A stretch of DNA of 64,000 nucleotides, from positions 23,362,767-23,426,766 of the forward strand of contig OZ037766.1 of assembly GCA_964035545.1 (NCBI GenBank), given 5' to 3'. Origin of the DNA: Bugula neritina. Its lineage: Eukaryota; Animalia; Bryozoa. The position numbers and the translations under genes were made by a program. Numbering within the stretch: the stretch's first letter is position 1; each line of letters begins with the position of its first letter. Below the pieces are notes generated by a model. That model saw nothing but the letters and a program-made list of their open reading frames with translations. It was not told the origin of the DNA and made no database searches. Shown piece by piece: positions 27,018 to 40,001 of the stretch.

Positions 27018-27809
27018 AAATTCATTAAATGCTCCTGTGGAGGCCAACAATCATGCAAAACAACAAGATATGGCTATTCTAGTACATCTATCCCATACAC
27101 AGAGTTCTGCCCTTGTGAAGCAGCAACAGGAGTGTGCTGCAATGAACTAACATTTCTAACAAATGCTAATGATAAAAAAAATGAAAAGGTGTTTAATATG
27201 AACATGAGTGAAAGTTTGTCGCATTTGTACAATTATAGATATGTTGCATTTTAACTTTAGCTGAGCAATATGCTGCCTCTGTATCTTTTTTCACTTTCTA
27301 TTCACTGGCAATAAGCAATGATTTTCTTTATATATTTGTCCAGTGTCCAAACAGTTATTCAAAAACCTTGTATCATTTCTCTGCACCATATGTGATGTTT
27401 TATTGAAGCAATTCCGATTTTTGAGCTGAGAAACATGTCTCTTGGCTTTTTATTTTGATTCCTTTTTCACTGGCATGACACATATTCATTCCAAAAATGC
27501 ACATCTATTTGAATCATCAAAAAAATTTTGTTTTTTCAACATAATATAGACTTTATGCCTACTAGATTACGATTTTTTCATAATTGGCGGCCATCTTGGA
27601 TTTCTCGAAATGCTCAAGGGTGGCAGGTCCACACCCACCTGGAAACATGTACCTGGACCCTCAAGATAAATAATCAAAAGAGAAAAAAACTTTATCCAAG
27701 ATTGCGAACCTAACCCCCAGTTCTGCCAGACTAATATGTTTCGTATGCCTAGGTATATAGCAAATGGTTAATGCTCTATGCTCTGTGCATAATATGATGT
27801 AAGCATTGT

Positions 27810-28564
27810 CACAGGATAGTTAAGGGCATCCTTACTAAGAATATCATAAATTTAGCTCACAATGTAGTCTAGGTTCTTGCTATAATATTGTTCTGTGGGT
27901 GGCATGCGTGTTGCCTGCCTGTGTATGTTTAGCCTAATATTAGACTATGACCAATAAACAGCAAGCTCAATTAGGGCTGCATTATATATCAACATTCCAT
28001 TGTGGCTACTCTATAAATGAATTACACACCAAGCTATTCACTAGCTTGTAGGCTAGCAGGTCTGCAATTAGTAATGGACAAGCCAATATCTTCTCATCTC
28101 TACGCGTTCACTGAAGCGTGAAGTGACGCGCAGTGCTTATTAGTAAAGAAAAATTATCTCATTTTCAGCGTATAAATCACTAATTTATAGAAAATCTATA
28201 AAAGCTATTGAAAACATTACAAAAACCGCGCTGCAGAAACATCTCAGGATTCCAACAGTGTTTTCTTTTTTCAGATATTATGTTTTCCTGCTGAGATATT
28301 TTACTGGGACTGACATGATGTTTTTTCAGCTAAAAATAGGAGAAAAAGGGTAGTTTTTTGTCTGTAGCTTGGCCAAAAAATGGAAAATTAAAAATTCCAA
28401 AAAAACCGCGCTGAGGAAGAAAGCTATCTACAACATAGTTTTTAAATTTTTATTCTAGCATAATTAGGTAAGATTTTATTTTACTGGGACTGATTTCTTA
28501 TATGATAACAATGCATCATCGGCATAGCAGCTAGAACTAAAAGGTTGCCCTTAACTATCCTGTG
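27810..28564. mobile_element. Non-autonomous CMC/EnSpm-like MITE
   Basis: Perfect 19-bp TIR CACAGGATAGTTAAGGGCA, 2-bp TSD GT, empty site in E at about 41078; the interior is homologous to about 7030-7290. Confidence 0.8.
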
Positions 28565-29265
28565 GTAATTCGTTAGCTGAGAATAAGAAAAACATGATAA
28601 AAGCTTACTTTGACTACATGGTTGAGCGAAGTCTCCAAACATTATTTTCTCTATGCTGATTTTTGCTAAAAAAAAGTCACCAGAAGTTAGGACTGTTCAC
28701 AATGAGACCATAACATAAAAACGTAGCTATCGAAATTATCAGCCAATATATTGGAACTATAATAATAAATCGCATAATCAGATGAACGAGTTTAAAGTTG
28801 CATGAAGGTATAAAGGCAATTTTAAACATGGACATTTATTGCTTTCGGAAAATGGACTGCTCAGCGAGAGTAAAAAAATTTTGGTAAATTTTACTGCAGC
28901 TAGTCTTGTAAAGATGTAGTGTGCAAAATCTCAGTTTTAAAATGTATACAGTTTACCTGTATACAAGTTTCTAAACATTTTGAACAAGTTGTGCTTGCCA
29001 AACGTCATTAGAAGCTTTTTAAATTAATCATGGCATAAAATGACAGTGTAAGTTACTAATTTGGACATTAGGACGGCTACAGCAATAACACTAATATAAA
29101 CACAAGTTACAAAAGTACAAAGTTACATAGAGTAATACATACAGAGGCAACCTTCGATGACATGGGATGATTGAATAGATTCTTGGCGTTCACTTCGTGT
29201 GGCAAGCATATTTGTAATCATGACTTTACAATTGGCAGGAACTATAATAAAACATAACACAGTAT

Positions 29266-29620
29266 TGTGGTAAATTTATGTTGTGTGTGTGTGTCCTTTG
29301 TTGCCGAGATCGGTGCTTCGGTCCTCCGAAACACCGATATGCCGATTCTCGGCATATCGGAATACCGAAGTACCGAAATGCCGGATTCGGCATTTCGGAT
29401 TCCCGAAGTACCGATATTCGGTATTTCGGGCCTCCGATCTCGGCAAACAAAGGAATGTCTTTGTCCTGCATGTATATAAAAGCCAGCGAGTTCCAGTATA
29501 GTTCAGTCTACTACTGGAGCTCGCTGGATAAAGACCATTGATTCACTCGGACTATACTACAATAAAGATTATCTACATTTACCTTATTTCTCGCCTTGTT
29601 TCTCATACAAGCATGTAACA
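29266..29620 (+). mobile_element. Probable solo LTR with a multi-hairpin palindromic U3 region
   Basis: TG...CA ends, TATATAAAAG at about 29473, AATAAA at 29561; absent from the paralogous intron in E (about 41745). The TSD match is poor (gtat / gcac). Confidence 0.65.
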
Positions 29621-29761
29621 GCACTAGTTTCATTCACAATCCACAAAACTATCACAGTATTATGAAGGCTAATATAGACTGAAAAGTAGCTCATTAGTTG
29701 CAACAAAATTTAACTGAAGAGAATGGGATGTTTTTAAACAAGTTACAGAATGATCATATAG

Positions 29762-32700
29762 TATCGTGAATTTACGATTCACTATAATTAGTAGGTCCAC
29801 TTATTCAAAGCCACTTCACCAGGTTTATTAAAAATTGAATAGAATTTACTATTTACAAATTATACAGCAATAAAAATTATTAACACTAATGTACACGATT
29901 ACATAACAGAGAGTTATTTATACACAATTTTACATGATTAAGATCCAGTCCACTCTGTCGGCCAAGCCGCCTAACAAGTTTCCACTATACATTGGCAGCT
30001 CCGCCTACTACTAGTTGTTATCTTCATCCCATTGGTAGTCACGGTGGTACCATCATAACGACATGATGCTGACTGCATCATGTATCAGTCCGATATAAAG
30101 TTATCCTTTCGATATAAAAGCTAACCAAGCGGGAACACAATACTGAAACTCTTTACATCCTCCCCACCTATCAAAAAGTACACTCTTCTCAACTAGTACA
30201 TAATTGAAAAAGAATATATAATAAAAGATAATAATAAAACAGAATATAACATAATATAAGTACTCTACTAGTTTACAGCAATAATTACATAACGCACAAT
30301 ATATTTACATCATCGCCACCGAGAATGAGTATAAGTTGCTATCAGTCCAAGTAGGGAGAGACGGGGGGGGGGAGAGGAGAAGGAAAAGGTGAGTCAGTCG
30401 AGATGAGGTATGAAGAAGTCCGGGTCACCAAATTTTTTTGTTAGTCTTTCTTCAAGTCTCGTCTGTAATTGGTCAACTTAGCCGCCGCCCGCTTTTGTTC
30501 TTTACAGAGACAGGCCATACGTCTCTGTAGCTTCTTTATATCCATCAAAAGGGAGTAAAAAGAGACTAATCTGGAATAGTGCTTTCGTCAGTCGTGTCAC
30601 GGGTACCCCTCTTTTTTTTCTTTCGGTTACTATGTAGGATGGAGGTAGCTGTGGTCGGAGGGTGAGATCCTCCCTCTACTGTTCGTCCTGAGCGGGATAC
30701 TAGAACTCGGAGGGGCGGTGTAACTATCTCTGGAGTCGGTGCGGTCGATGTTGTATCTATAGTCGGGGGGAGGGTCAGTGTCAGAGTCACTCTCTACAGT
30801 TAGTCGGGTCGGGGGAAATTGAGTCATTAATGCTTGTCCTCTGTCCGGTGCAGTCACGTGAGGCAGTATAAGATCCCTAAACTCAGTGTAGGAGTCAGCA
30901 TCAACTTCATACAAATGTCCAGTATAACGGTTTTGTGTTCTTTGGTGTTGGAGTATGGCGTACCTGTAGAAGTGATAAACTCCACAGGGACAAAATGTCA
31001 CAGTAAAATGTTGGGGTACGTGGATCTTCAGTCGTTTCATGGTGGAGAAAGTCTGTCTACATTCGCTACATCGCCGTTTGTCATCAGTCCCTATAATGGC
31101 TTGTATGAGGGTTCCCGTCCGTCTAGTAGTCCAAGTCGTACGCCATAGTAATGCTTGTGGCAAATCAAGAAGTCGGTCAGTCGTCTTAGTTGGTTCAGTC
31201 ATGTCTACTTGCATTACAGTCTGTTCAGTCAGTGTAGTCGGTTGATCTGACACTGTTGACAAGTGAATGTCGGACAACATGTCCAACTCTGCCTCTGACA
31301 TGTTGTCCCATGTTGTAATAAAGGTATCTAGTAGAGCCTGTATCTCTGCGGATACAGATTCAGTCTCACCTGCAATAGAGTATTTAAATTTATCGTACTA
31401 ACTTTGAATCACTCTTTATGCATGGGACTCCCTTCTTCAGTGTGATACTGACACCTGAATCACACAGTCTATTAACCCACTGATCGCAAAATTAGCTGGG
31501 CCGACTCTCCCACTCTAGTCGTCAATGCATCGCCTGACATTAGGAGTTTCAACTTTATTGTTATGACAAAGCGAGACTGATATCGGCTACTAGAATAAAT
31601 TTTAATTAGGTAATAGAATTTCTAGTAAACTCACCCTCCAAAGCAGTTGCTGCATCAGCCATGACGTTTGCTGTCTGTTTATATAAGGCTCCTAGTAGCC
31701 AAGTTTATTTACTGCAAAAGACGTGCTGTCTGTTTGCTGGTTGTAATTGGAAAAAGCGCTCACAGCTAGAATGGTTATGTAACACCCTATGCCCTATTGA
31801 GTTAGCTTTGCTCTGCTGACCTTTTCTATTCGCCACTGGGCAGCATACTATCAATTACTTTGCCCCCCCAAACTTTTCTTTGCACATGTCGACATGCTAT
31901 AAAATGCTATGCATGTCGACCAAGTCGCACAAGAAGTCTCTCAAATAAGATGGTGGCGTCCTAGTACGTTGGCTACGTTTCAACTGTACTGGGTAATTTG
32001 CTGCTACTTGTGACTCTACCACCACGAGTGGTGTCACCAGTACGAGGAGGGGGGTCCACCAGTACGAGTGGTTCCCTCTCAGCTGCCTCTTCCTTGTGAA
32101 TTTGAGAAAATTCCATTTCATCCGGGGCGACAGGCGTGTCAGCCAGCTCCACTGGTGGCGGGGCCGGCTCAAACCAATCTTCCGGTGTGTCGGCCGCCTT
32201 CTCCTGGAGTAAGGTGTACTACTGTAAGCTCGCATGATTTGCAGCAGTACCAAGTCCCACTCTTCTTGGCTCTTACCAATAAGTAGGCTTCTCAGTGAGT
32301 CCCTTAGCATTCGGTTGTTCCGCTCAACAACCCCATCCCCTTACCGTCGTCCGACTCTGGTTTACCCATCACGTTTTACAGAGATCGCTCAAAAGTTGCG
32401 ACTGAAACTGGGCGCACTGATCAGAGTGTATTTGTTCCAGCAAGCCGAAATAACAAAATAGTTGCTGATCTTAGGCTCTGGCCACCGGGGGGGCTGACGC
32501 ATCTGGAATAGCCAGCGCATCAGTCCACCGCGTGAAATGGTCAGTTAACACCAGTATCCATTTATTACCTCCCACTCTCGTGGGCATGGGACCTACCAGA
32601 TCTACAGCAATTACCTGCCACAGACAACCGGCTTGGAGGCAGCGCCTCCCTGTGGTCTCAGTGGAGCGGCCATGCTTACTAGCTTGGCATACTTCACACT

Positions 32701-34235
32701 TCCGCAGCCGGAGTCGGACATCCCGGGTCATACCGGGCCAAAACCACTAGAGTTGAAGACACCTAATCACCCGCCCAGCTCCTGCATGAGCCTGCTTATA
32801 GGTGTCCCAGATCAACTCCCGCCACAGAGCAAAAGGACAGACTACCCTCACGCGTTCACGGCGATTTGTGCCGGTTGCCAACGTTATCGTTATTAAAGTC
32901 AATGTGGCACCTGTGTCGCTTCAGAAATGGCATGCCCAAGATGGCATCCTCCTTGAATTGACTGACAATAAAGTTGCCGCTGATCATCTGATCACAGACT
33001 GTGCGAAGTGCCCACCACTACCACAACTTCAGCATATGGGGCCCCGCCTGCCGTCGACAGCTGCCGGCGCCCTGGTGGGTCGCTCGACTGTCGACTGTTG
33101 GCGTAGTTGCCTGATTTCGGCTAACAGCTCGCGAACCAAGCTTGTGGTCAAGCTAGTAGGCTCGTCGGCTGCCGCCGTGGCGACATGTACAGTCGTCTTG
33201 ACCAACGACGTTGACGTCGACACGTCGTCGTCGGCCTTGACCTGCTGCACTGTTGTCTCAGGCTGTCACGTACCGTCGGTTTGAAAATAAGCATTTCCAA
33301 GCCTGAGAGCTTGCTCCATGGTCTCAACCTCAGCTGCCCACAGGTGTTGCTTCAGCCCTAGGGTGTTAACAGACTGGAGGAAAGCATCTAGTGCCAAAAT
33401 CTGCTGACCATTTGCAGGCAAGTCACCATAAGCGACTTGTGCTAGCCGTTCTACTACGGTTGCGTGCTCTCGGAAGGTTGTCTTAAGATTTCTCCTAAGT
33501 CTGAGCTCTCAATGCCTCAAAAATATTGCCGAAATCCTGGCTTATCCCATAGGGTTTAGCCGGCCCTGTCAGACACAACCGTAGCTGGATCAGAGTAACT
33601 CTGGCAGGTCATCGACAGATGGCGGCCACATCACTGAACTCAGTGATAAATTGCTCCACATCCTCTTCTTCTGAGAAGATGGGAGCATGTAAATGATACC
33701 TGTCCATAGGCAGCGCTGAGCCGCCTATGTCGTCCTCCATCGCTACCGGTTCCTGACCGGGTATGTCCTCGTCGCCGGCCATCTCTTACTCTCTGGCTAG
33801 GAGCATTTTCAACAAGAAGGATCTCACCGCTGCCATCACTGTTATGAATATACAATTCACTATTATTAGTGGGTCTACTTATTCAAAGCCACTTCACTAG
33901 GTTTATCACGAATTGAATAGAATTTATTATTTACAAATTATACAGCAATAAACGTTACTAACACTAATGTACACTATTACATAACAGAGAGTGATTTATA
34001 CACAACTTTACATGATTAAGATTCAATCCGCTCTGCCGGCCAAGCTGCCTAACAAGTTTCCACTATACATTGGCAGCTCTGCCCACTACTAGTTATTATC
34101 TTCATCCCATTGGTTGTCACGGTAGTGCCATCATAACGACATGATGCTGGCTGCATCATGTATCAGTCTGATATAGAGTTATCCTGTCGAAATAAAAGCT
34201 AACTAAGTGGGAACACAATACTAAAACTCTTTACG
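29762..34235 (-). mobile_element. Internally deleted Ty3/Gypsy LTR retrotransposon with an accessory zinc-finger gene
   Basis: 396-bp LTRs at 29762-30157 and 33840-34235 (about 88% identical over the first 200 bp counted); TSD ATAG; tRNA-Leu-type PBS TGATGGCAGCGGTG just inside 33840; PPT near 30158-30168. Gag remnant about 33780-33000; PR-RT-RH deleted; integrase remnant (VDLVGPMP, TDHFTRW) at 32890-32200. Confidence 0.92.
30630..31662 (-). CDS. Putative spliced accessory gene of the retrotransposon: exon 31662-31635, intron 31634-31370, exon 31369-30630; about 255 aa with a C2H2 zinc finger
   Basis: ATG GCT GAT GCA GCA ACT GCT TTG GAG G|gtgagt ... ttgcag|GT GAG ACT joins in frame to ORF 30630..31301. 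CSECRQTFSTMKRLKIHVPQH fits C-x2-C-x3-F-x5-L-x2-H-x3-H; a second C-x-C-x12-H module follows. Confidence 0.65.
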
Positions 34236-35074
34236 ATAGCTCTAAAAACTTTTTATTCAATTATAATGTGTGATGAATTCTGTGAACTAGTTTGATGGGA
34301 CAAAGGCTTAACAATATTAAAGTTTTGCATCTTGAAAAAGAAACTTTTCATCACCATTAGGATTTCATTCTTTTCAAATGCAAGTGAAAGTGCAATTGTT
34401 TTTTGGTTCACAAAATAAAACTATCAAAGCAACAACAGAATCGCATTTATATCCTAAATTGATGATACCCAAGGAAGCGTGCTTGAATAGTTTTCAAATT
34501 TACATAATAGAATTTTTAATTATAGAGAGTTCGTAAAAAACTTACTGCTAGAGACATTGTACCAGACAGATTGGAGAACTTGTTTCAAGCTGGATAAAGA
34601 AAATTTACGCCCAGCTTCTAAGTCATTGCCTTTGTGAGCGTGTAGTTCTGGAAACTTTGTAATAGTTGGTTCTTTGTTCTGCGGCTTTGACTGCAAATCA
34701 GCGCTACAAGTAAACTGCACGTGTAGTCCACATATTAATACATCCATTTACCATACAGATGAATGGTGCACAGACTGGGTGGTAACTAAAGCAAATAAGA
34801 CTGTCAGGTGTACAAGAAAACAATGTAGCTGGCTTTTCCAGTTGGACATCATGCTTTGTAAATAAAAAGTTGTTGAATCAGTATTACTATAAATTTGCAT
34901 AAGATTATAATTGACTGATCAGACAATTTATTTAAGCCAATATTTATGTTATGTTTATTATTCCCAAATATTCACAATATACTATTAGGCTGTGGTGTGC
35001 TGCTTAGTTATTATTTTACCTCGTTTATTTTTACTTTTACAAGAGTGACAATAAAGATACACCTTGGCCTAGGC

Positions 35075-35165
35075 CCTAGGAGTTAGAGCTCTGGCTTACT
35101 AATCACAGGTTCAGTGGTTCAAACCTCAACATATACTATTAGACATGCTAAAAAGGGCATTCAGT
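35075..35165 (+). mobile_element. Possible old tRNA-derived SINE remnant (paralogous copy at about 42350-42445)
   Basis: gttagagc...GGTTCAAACC resembles Pol III A and B boxes; too degenerate to be a tRNA gene. Confidence 0.3.
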
Positions 35166-35960
35166 CATGATCTCTCTCTATCACATTGGAAAACAAGTTT
35201 TTAGACAGCTTCCAAAGATCCTTTCCATCAGGAGTTACCTCAGCAATGGTGATTATAAACCCATATAAGATTTTTTCATATATATACAGATTACTCACCA
35301 GATTAAAACATAAAGATATTTCTTTAAGGCACTTACTAAACAAAAGTTGGTCTACGGAAACTTTCTTCCTTTATTGAACAATTTTGCAGACTCTCAAGTA
35401 CGGCACTTTACCTATGCATAAAAAAAACCACAACCATTGTCAAAATGACATTAAAAAAATTCGGGCATGTGTTGTGCCTATGATAATAAAGTAAAATAAA
35501 AATGTTGCTTACGTCTGTTTCAAAACTTGTGTGCTGATTCATCAATATCTAGAGCTGTTCTGTTTGACATTGTGGCAATATACTATGTTGCAATAATATT
35601 GTCAGACAATAACAATATCCTAAACCAACAAACAGCTATTGCATCTGATATTTAATTTTCTCATCTGTGGTTGAGGACACTCTAACAGTTTGACGTACAA
35701 CATTTGTGTCTTTGACGAACTCTGAAAACAATAAAACAATGGAATATATTAGTACAACATTCTTATCCGAAACGTAGACCTGGCATCAAAGCAGTTATAA
35801 AATGAAAACACAAAATGTAAAGCACACTAAAAACAACAGAAGATTATGTTGCATGGAACAGACTTCTTATTTCAAACAAAACGTACAGTTACAATGTTAT
35901 TATACAATATAGAGTAAATTAAAATATTCAACCTGAAACCAGAAATGTTATTTTACCAAC

Positions 35961-36065
35961 CTAAGGGAACAACATGGTACATCGGTTTTGCCACAAAATA
36001 AGACACCGGATCCTCCAACCCATCAACAAGCTCTGGAAGAGTGACGGGTTCATTGGCAACTACAT
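35961..36065 (-). CDS. Highly conserved 105-nt exon, copy in pseudogene D
   Basis: Same splice sites as in B and E; 103 of 105 nt identical to each. Confidence 0.7.
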
Positions 36066-39000
36066 CTGAATTAAAACATGAATTAGGTACTTCACAACTG
36101 TATGCAATAGGCCAGAGTGGGTAAAGATTATGTCAAGTTAACTAAATCTTTGCACTGTTGGAAGGCTATTAAGATATTTCACTGGTGCAAGTTTTTTTTT
36201 AGTGAATTTTTTTAGCTTGTGGAAATTTACAATTTATGCTTGTCTCAATTTAAATGAGCAATTATATGCAGCAACATCTTCATGCATGTATGCATAATAT
36301 TTACTTATACTTATTTTCAACAAAGTCATAGCTTGTCTTGTTGCCATTTTTTAATCATTTGTCTTCTTTATGCAATATTTTTATATATTATATATACTAA
36401 ACATGAAACTAAATAAAAGTTATTTACCTAAGAAAAATAAAGGACAATATTTACACAGCTTTCAAGGTAAAAACCCTTTGCACAAACAGCCTAAAAAAAT
36501 GCTTACTTTTGTCAATTTTTAGGCAACAGACACTGCAACAATGGCAAAGTAATGACTGGATTGCGAGTTATTTTTACTGGTATTTCTACAATTCAATCGC
36601 CAAAATTAAAAAAGAACACATGCAAGGGTAGTTTTGTACAGGATTTTTTATAAACTTAATCAACTTATCACTGTAGAACAAAAGTCCTAAAGGCTGAAGA
36701 AACTTTGACACTGGTGAAATTTCAAAATTATATTGCACGAAGGGTTATTTCTTGCAAACCTAAATACTAATAAAACACTTTCATAAAAAAACTGCAAGAT
36801 AGATTTCAGCAAAGATTCTGAATACAGATGGATTAATAGCCATACATGAGGAAGATTGAGTAGAAGCTTGATTCTGATCAGAACAGTTACTTTGTAAGTC
36901 CAAAGTTGAATCTACGCAAGAAGTTTAGAAAATTCAGCATAACTGTATAAGATTAGTGAATTTAAATTTATAAAATAATTGTTAGCCTAATTAGTCAACT
37001 TTGTGAAACAAAATTTTAAAACACTTTTTTAATTTCCAAAATTGGAAAAATCTTGATTTGGTGCTAATCAATTTTGAGGCATGACTAAACTGCATTGTAA
37101 AGATTCGATCACATCAACTGTAACCATGCAACTGGATTGCTGTAAAATGTTTACAATTGTTATTTTAGCCTCAGAATAAATGGAACTAAGCAGAGACTCA
37201 ACTAAATCCTGTTTAATTGGTTGGTACAAGGAACCCAAACCAGTTGGCTCAAGCTGCTTTACGTTGCCAGATAGTGTGGCAGAAAAATACTGTTCTTTAT
37301 TAGAAATAGTTTCTAGCTTATCTTGATCAAACACCAAATCAGTTGGCTCCAGCTGCATCACTTGTTTGGCTAAACTTGAAGAAAACGCTGTATCTCAATT
37401 GGGCAATTTCTTCACATTCTTTTGAGAAAAAAACTAAATCATTTTGTTTATGTTGCATGTTAGCTATAGCTAGGCCTAGAGAAAAGTTGCTTTTATTAGT
37501 AGCAACTTTCTTTAACATTTCTTTATCAGAAACCAAGCCAATTGGCTCAAGTTGCGTGAAAATTTGAGCTTGTTTTGATGAAATGTCGTCTCAATACTTG
37601 GGTAAAATTTTGCATATTCCTCTGTTGAAGTGGGAAAATTGTATCATTCCTTTTGAAAAATGTCTTGCTAGATTTGAAGAAACATAGGTTTTGCCATTCA
37701 GAATTGTAATAATCTTTTGTTGCTCAAACACTAACGCATTTGACTCAGGCGTTAAGTTTAGGCATTATTTTCTGACATCATTTTTGACAATTGATCTATC
37801 ATCCTATGATTAAAAACTAAACAATTGTGATATCTCAAAATTTTTAGCCCTTTCTGAAGCAATCTCCATCATTTTTATAGGGGATGCCTGCATGGTTGAC
37901 GTATTTGTCACTCTGAGAAATAGAGTGAAACTCATCACTCATACAAAGCGAACAACACCGCTTCGGATAATTGGTAATTTAAACATAACTCTTCAGCATC
38001 AAATCAATGTTTTAGAGTACCATGCAGGAATCACATTACTTTTGAAGTGATTAAAGGGTTTAAAAATCACATGGTTAGATTACGATATAGTGCTTACTAA
38101 ATAAAGAAAGCGTTTGCAAGGTAAATCAGGGTGTATGTCCCTAGCTGTGTGTAGCTATACTAGCTATGCGGTGGCTAGTAGGACAACTCTTTACAACAAA
38201 ATAGCGCACGTATCTGATAGACTACCATCTTAGGTTTAGTTTACAATCCACCACTATAAGACACATTTTTAGGATCGAATATGTGTTTGAAAATTGAATT
38301 GTCAGCTCTTTCATTTGCTATAAAGTGATCTGAAAGTGTATCATCTTATTCACAAGCAACTATGTCATGTGTACTAGCTGGGAACTTTTGTGCTACCCTC
38401 TTTTCCTATGCTTATTGAAGCCACATGCATACGCCAGCATCAAGCAGCTGTATTATGTTTAAACTGTATTATGGAACTTCTTTCGCTCATACCGGGAACT
38501 CCGCTACTTACTGCATGATCTACGGCTACGCTCATGGACCTATATTACTGAGATAACTAGTGTATAATCTCTATTGTGATAATCTCTATCTTGATAATTA
38601 AGTTTACTTCGATATAATTTACTCTTTATTTATTGTTATAAATATACTTGTTCCGCTACAACAACCAACCATGTTCTCTCTCAAATGTACACACTAACAG
38701 TTATGTTCCAGCATTGTAAAAAACACTCACGACCCAAATTCTATAGCCCGCAAAGCGACAGCAACAGAGTCTCAAAAACATTAATGTGTATAGGGTCATT
38801 TACATGTAACATTTAGCAGTGAACTCAAATTTCAGAGGGCTAAGAATAACGATATCTTCCAAAAAGAGAACTGGTTCAATAATTGTATTTCTAAGATTAA
38901 AAGCCTTTTCGGTAAATAGATTGTTCACTGTGTTGTCGTTTGCTTTAAAAGCCTGCAAAATGTGAATGATCTTCATAATAAACAACTATTGGATATTTCT

Positions 39001-39995
39001 ATGAGCTGAAGATTAGAGTGTTCAGAAAAAGAAAGTGTCTGTATCAGTTCCTTGTAAATCAATATACAATATACAAGATATTCATGCAACTCTTTCCATA
39101 GCATTACTCAACCAACTTTAATGTGAAAAATCACGAAAAATATATTCTAGAATTGTTGCAAGTAAAACAAATAAACAACAGGCACTGACAAGTATTGTCT
39201 ACAGCATTTAGCATGTGGGCACTTGGTTTCAGAAACTAGTAAAATTCTTGTTCTGCCAACAATATACTTAAAATGCAAGTGTTCAATGCTTAACTAGTAT
39301 GAAAAGTTACACCTAGATATTGGAATTGTAAAAATTAATGCCATTTACCTCAGGTAACTACAACTTGACAGCAGAGATTTGCAACGTATGCAAATAAATA
39401 TTGTAATCCCAAGCATTTATATTATCATAAGAGGCTCATACTACCAGTAAACCTGATTGACAATTGTATTATATCATATGCTATAGCAGGGTATTTTTTG
39501 ATACATTATGTCGTAGAAATTCACATCCATATAGTTGATCTCTACTCTGCAGAAGTATAATCACAGGTTTTATTAGGTTATTTGGTAAAACTATAGGCCT
39601 ACAGTATACACAAAAGTTAAAATATAAACATATAGACGAGAGTTGCCTTCTCTTGGAAAAACATCTGGAGAACCAATGAATCTTTAAAGACTTTCAAGCT
39701 GACGCTCGATGGCTGCATGAGAGGCTTTGTTAATTTAAATAGCGTCAATTTGCTAACATACGTAATATAAAGGATTTAGAAGCCTGAAGGAAAAGTTTAA
39801 AAAAATTGGAAAGAGAAAGGGGCAAGTGCAGAGACAAAAGCAAACATTGCATTGACTAAAATCAGTCGAACCTATTACCACTCTTCCTCGTTGCAGTTGA
39901 AATATTATGCTAAAGTTTAGAAATCAAGCAAAATGAATCAAATATGTGTGACTATAATACAATTATAAAAATGCTAGTTTAACTTGAAAAAAAAG

Positions 39996-40001
39996 TTTAT
40001 T
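39996..40001 (-). terminator. Putative polyadenylation signal of paralog E
   Basis: AATAAA on the minus strand about 55 nt downstream of the TAG at 40054; the equivalent positions in D and B read AATAAG and GATAAA. Confidence 0.5.

Larger units (their letters stand above)
24104..27733 (+). mobile_element. Degenerate Academ-superfamily DNA transposon
   Basis: Termini TAGTCTGGCAGAA...TTCTGCCAGACTA with ~160-bp imperfect TIRs; 3-bp TSD ATA (24101-24103 / 27734-27736); empty site in E at about 41005. Transposase remnants VGCTGTLIAES..FGGFSKML, REGDWALHL, TIEVTFVRFGHS, LPPTDEA, and a Cys-rich C-terminus IKCSC..CKT..FCPC..CCN. Confidence 0.85.

Noticed and set aside
29226-29541. Four overlapping ORFs of 70-87 aa
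   Set aside because: By-product of a GC-rich palindromic repeat poor in stop codons.
30630-31369. Accessory ORF as a retroviral env
   Set aside because: No signal peptide or transmembrane segment; it has zinc-finger spacing instead.
35075-35165. tRNA gene
   Set aside because: Only box-like motifs are present; no cloverleaf can be drawn. At most a SINE remnant.
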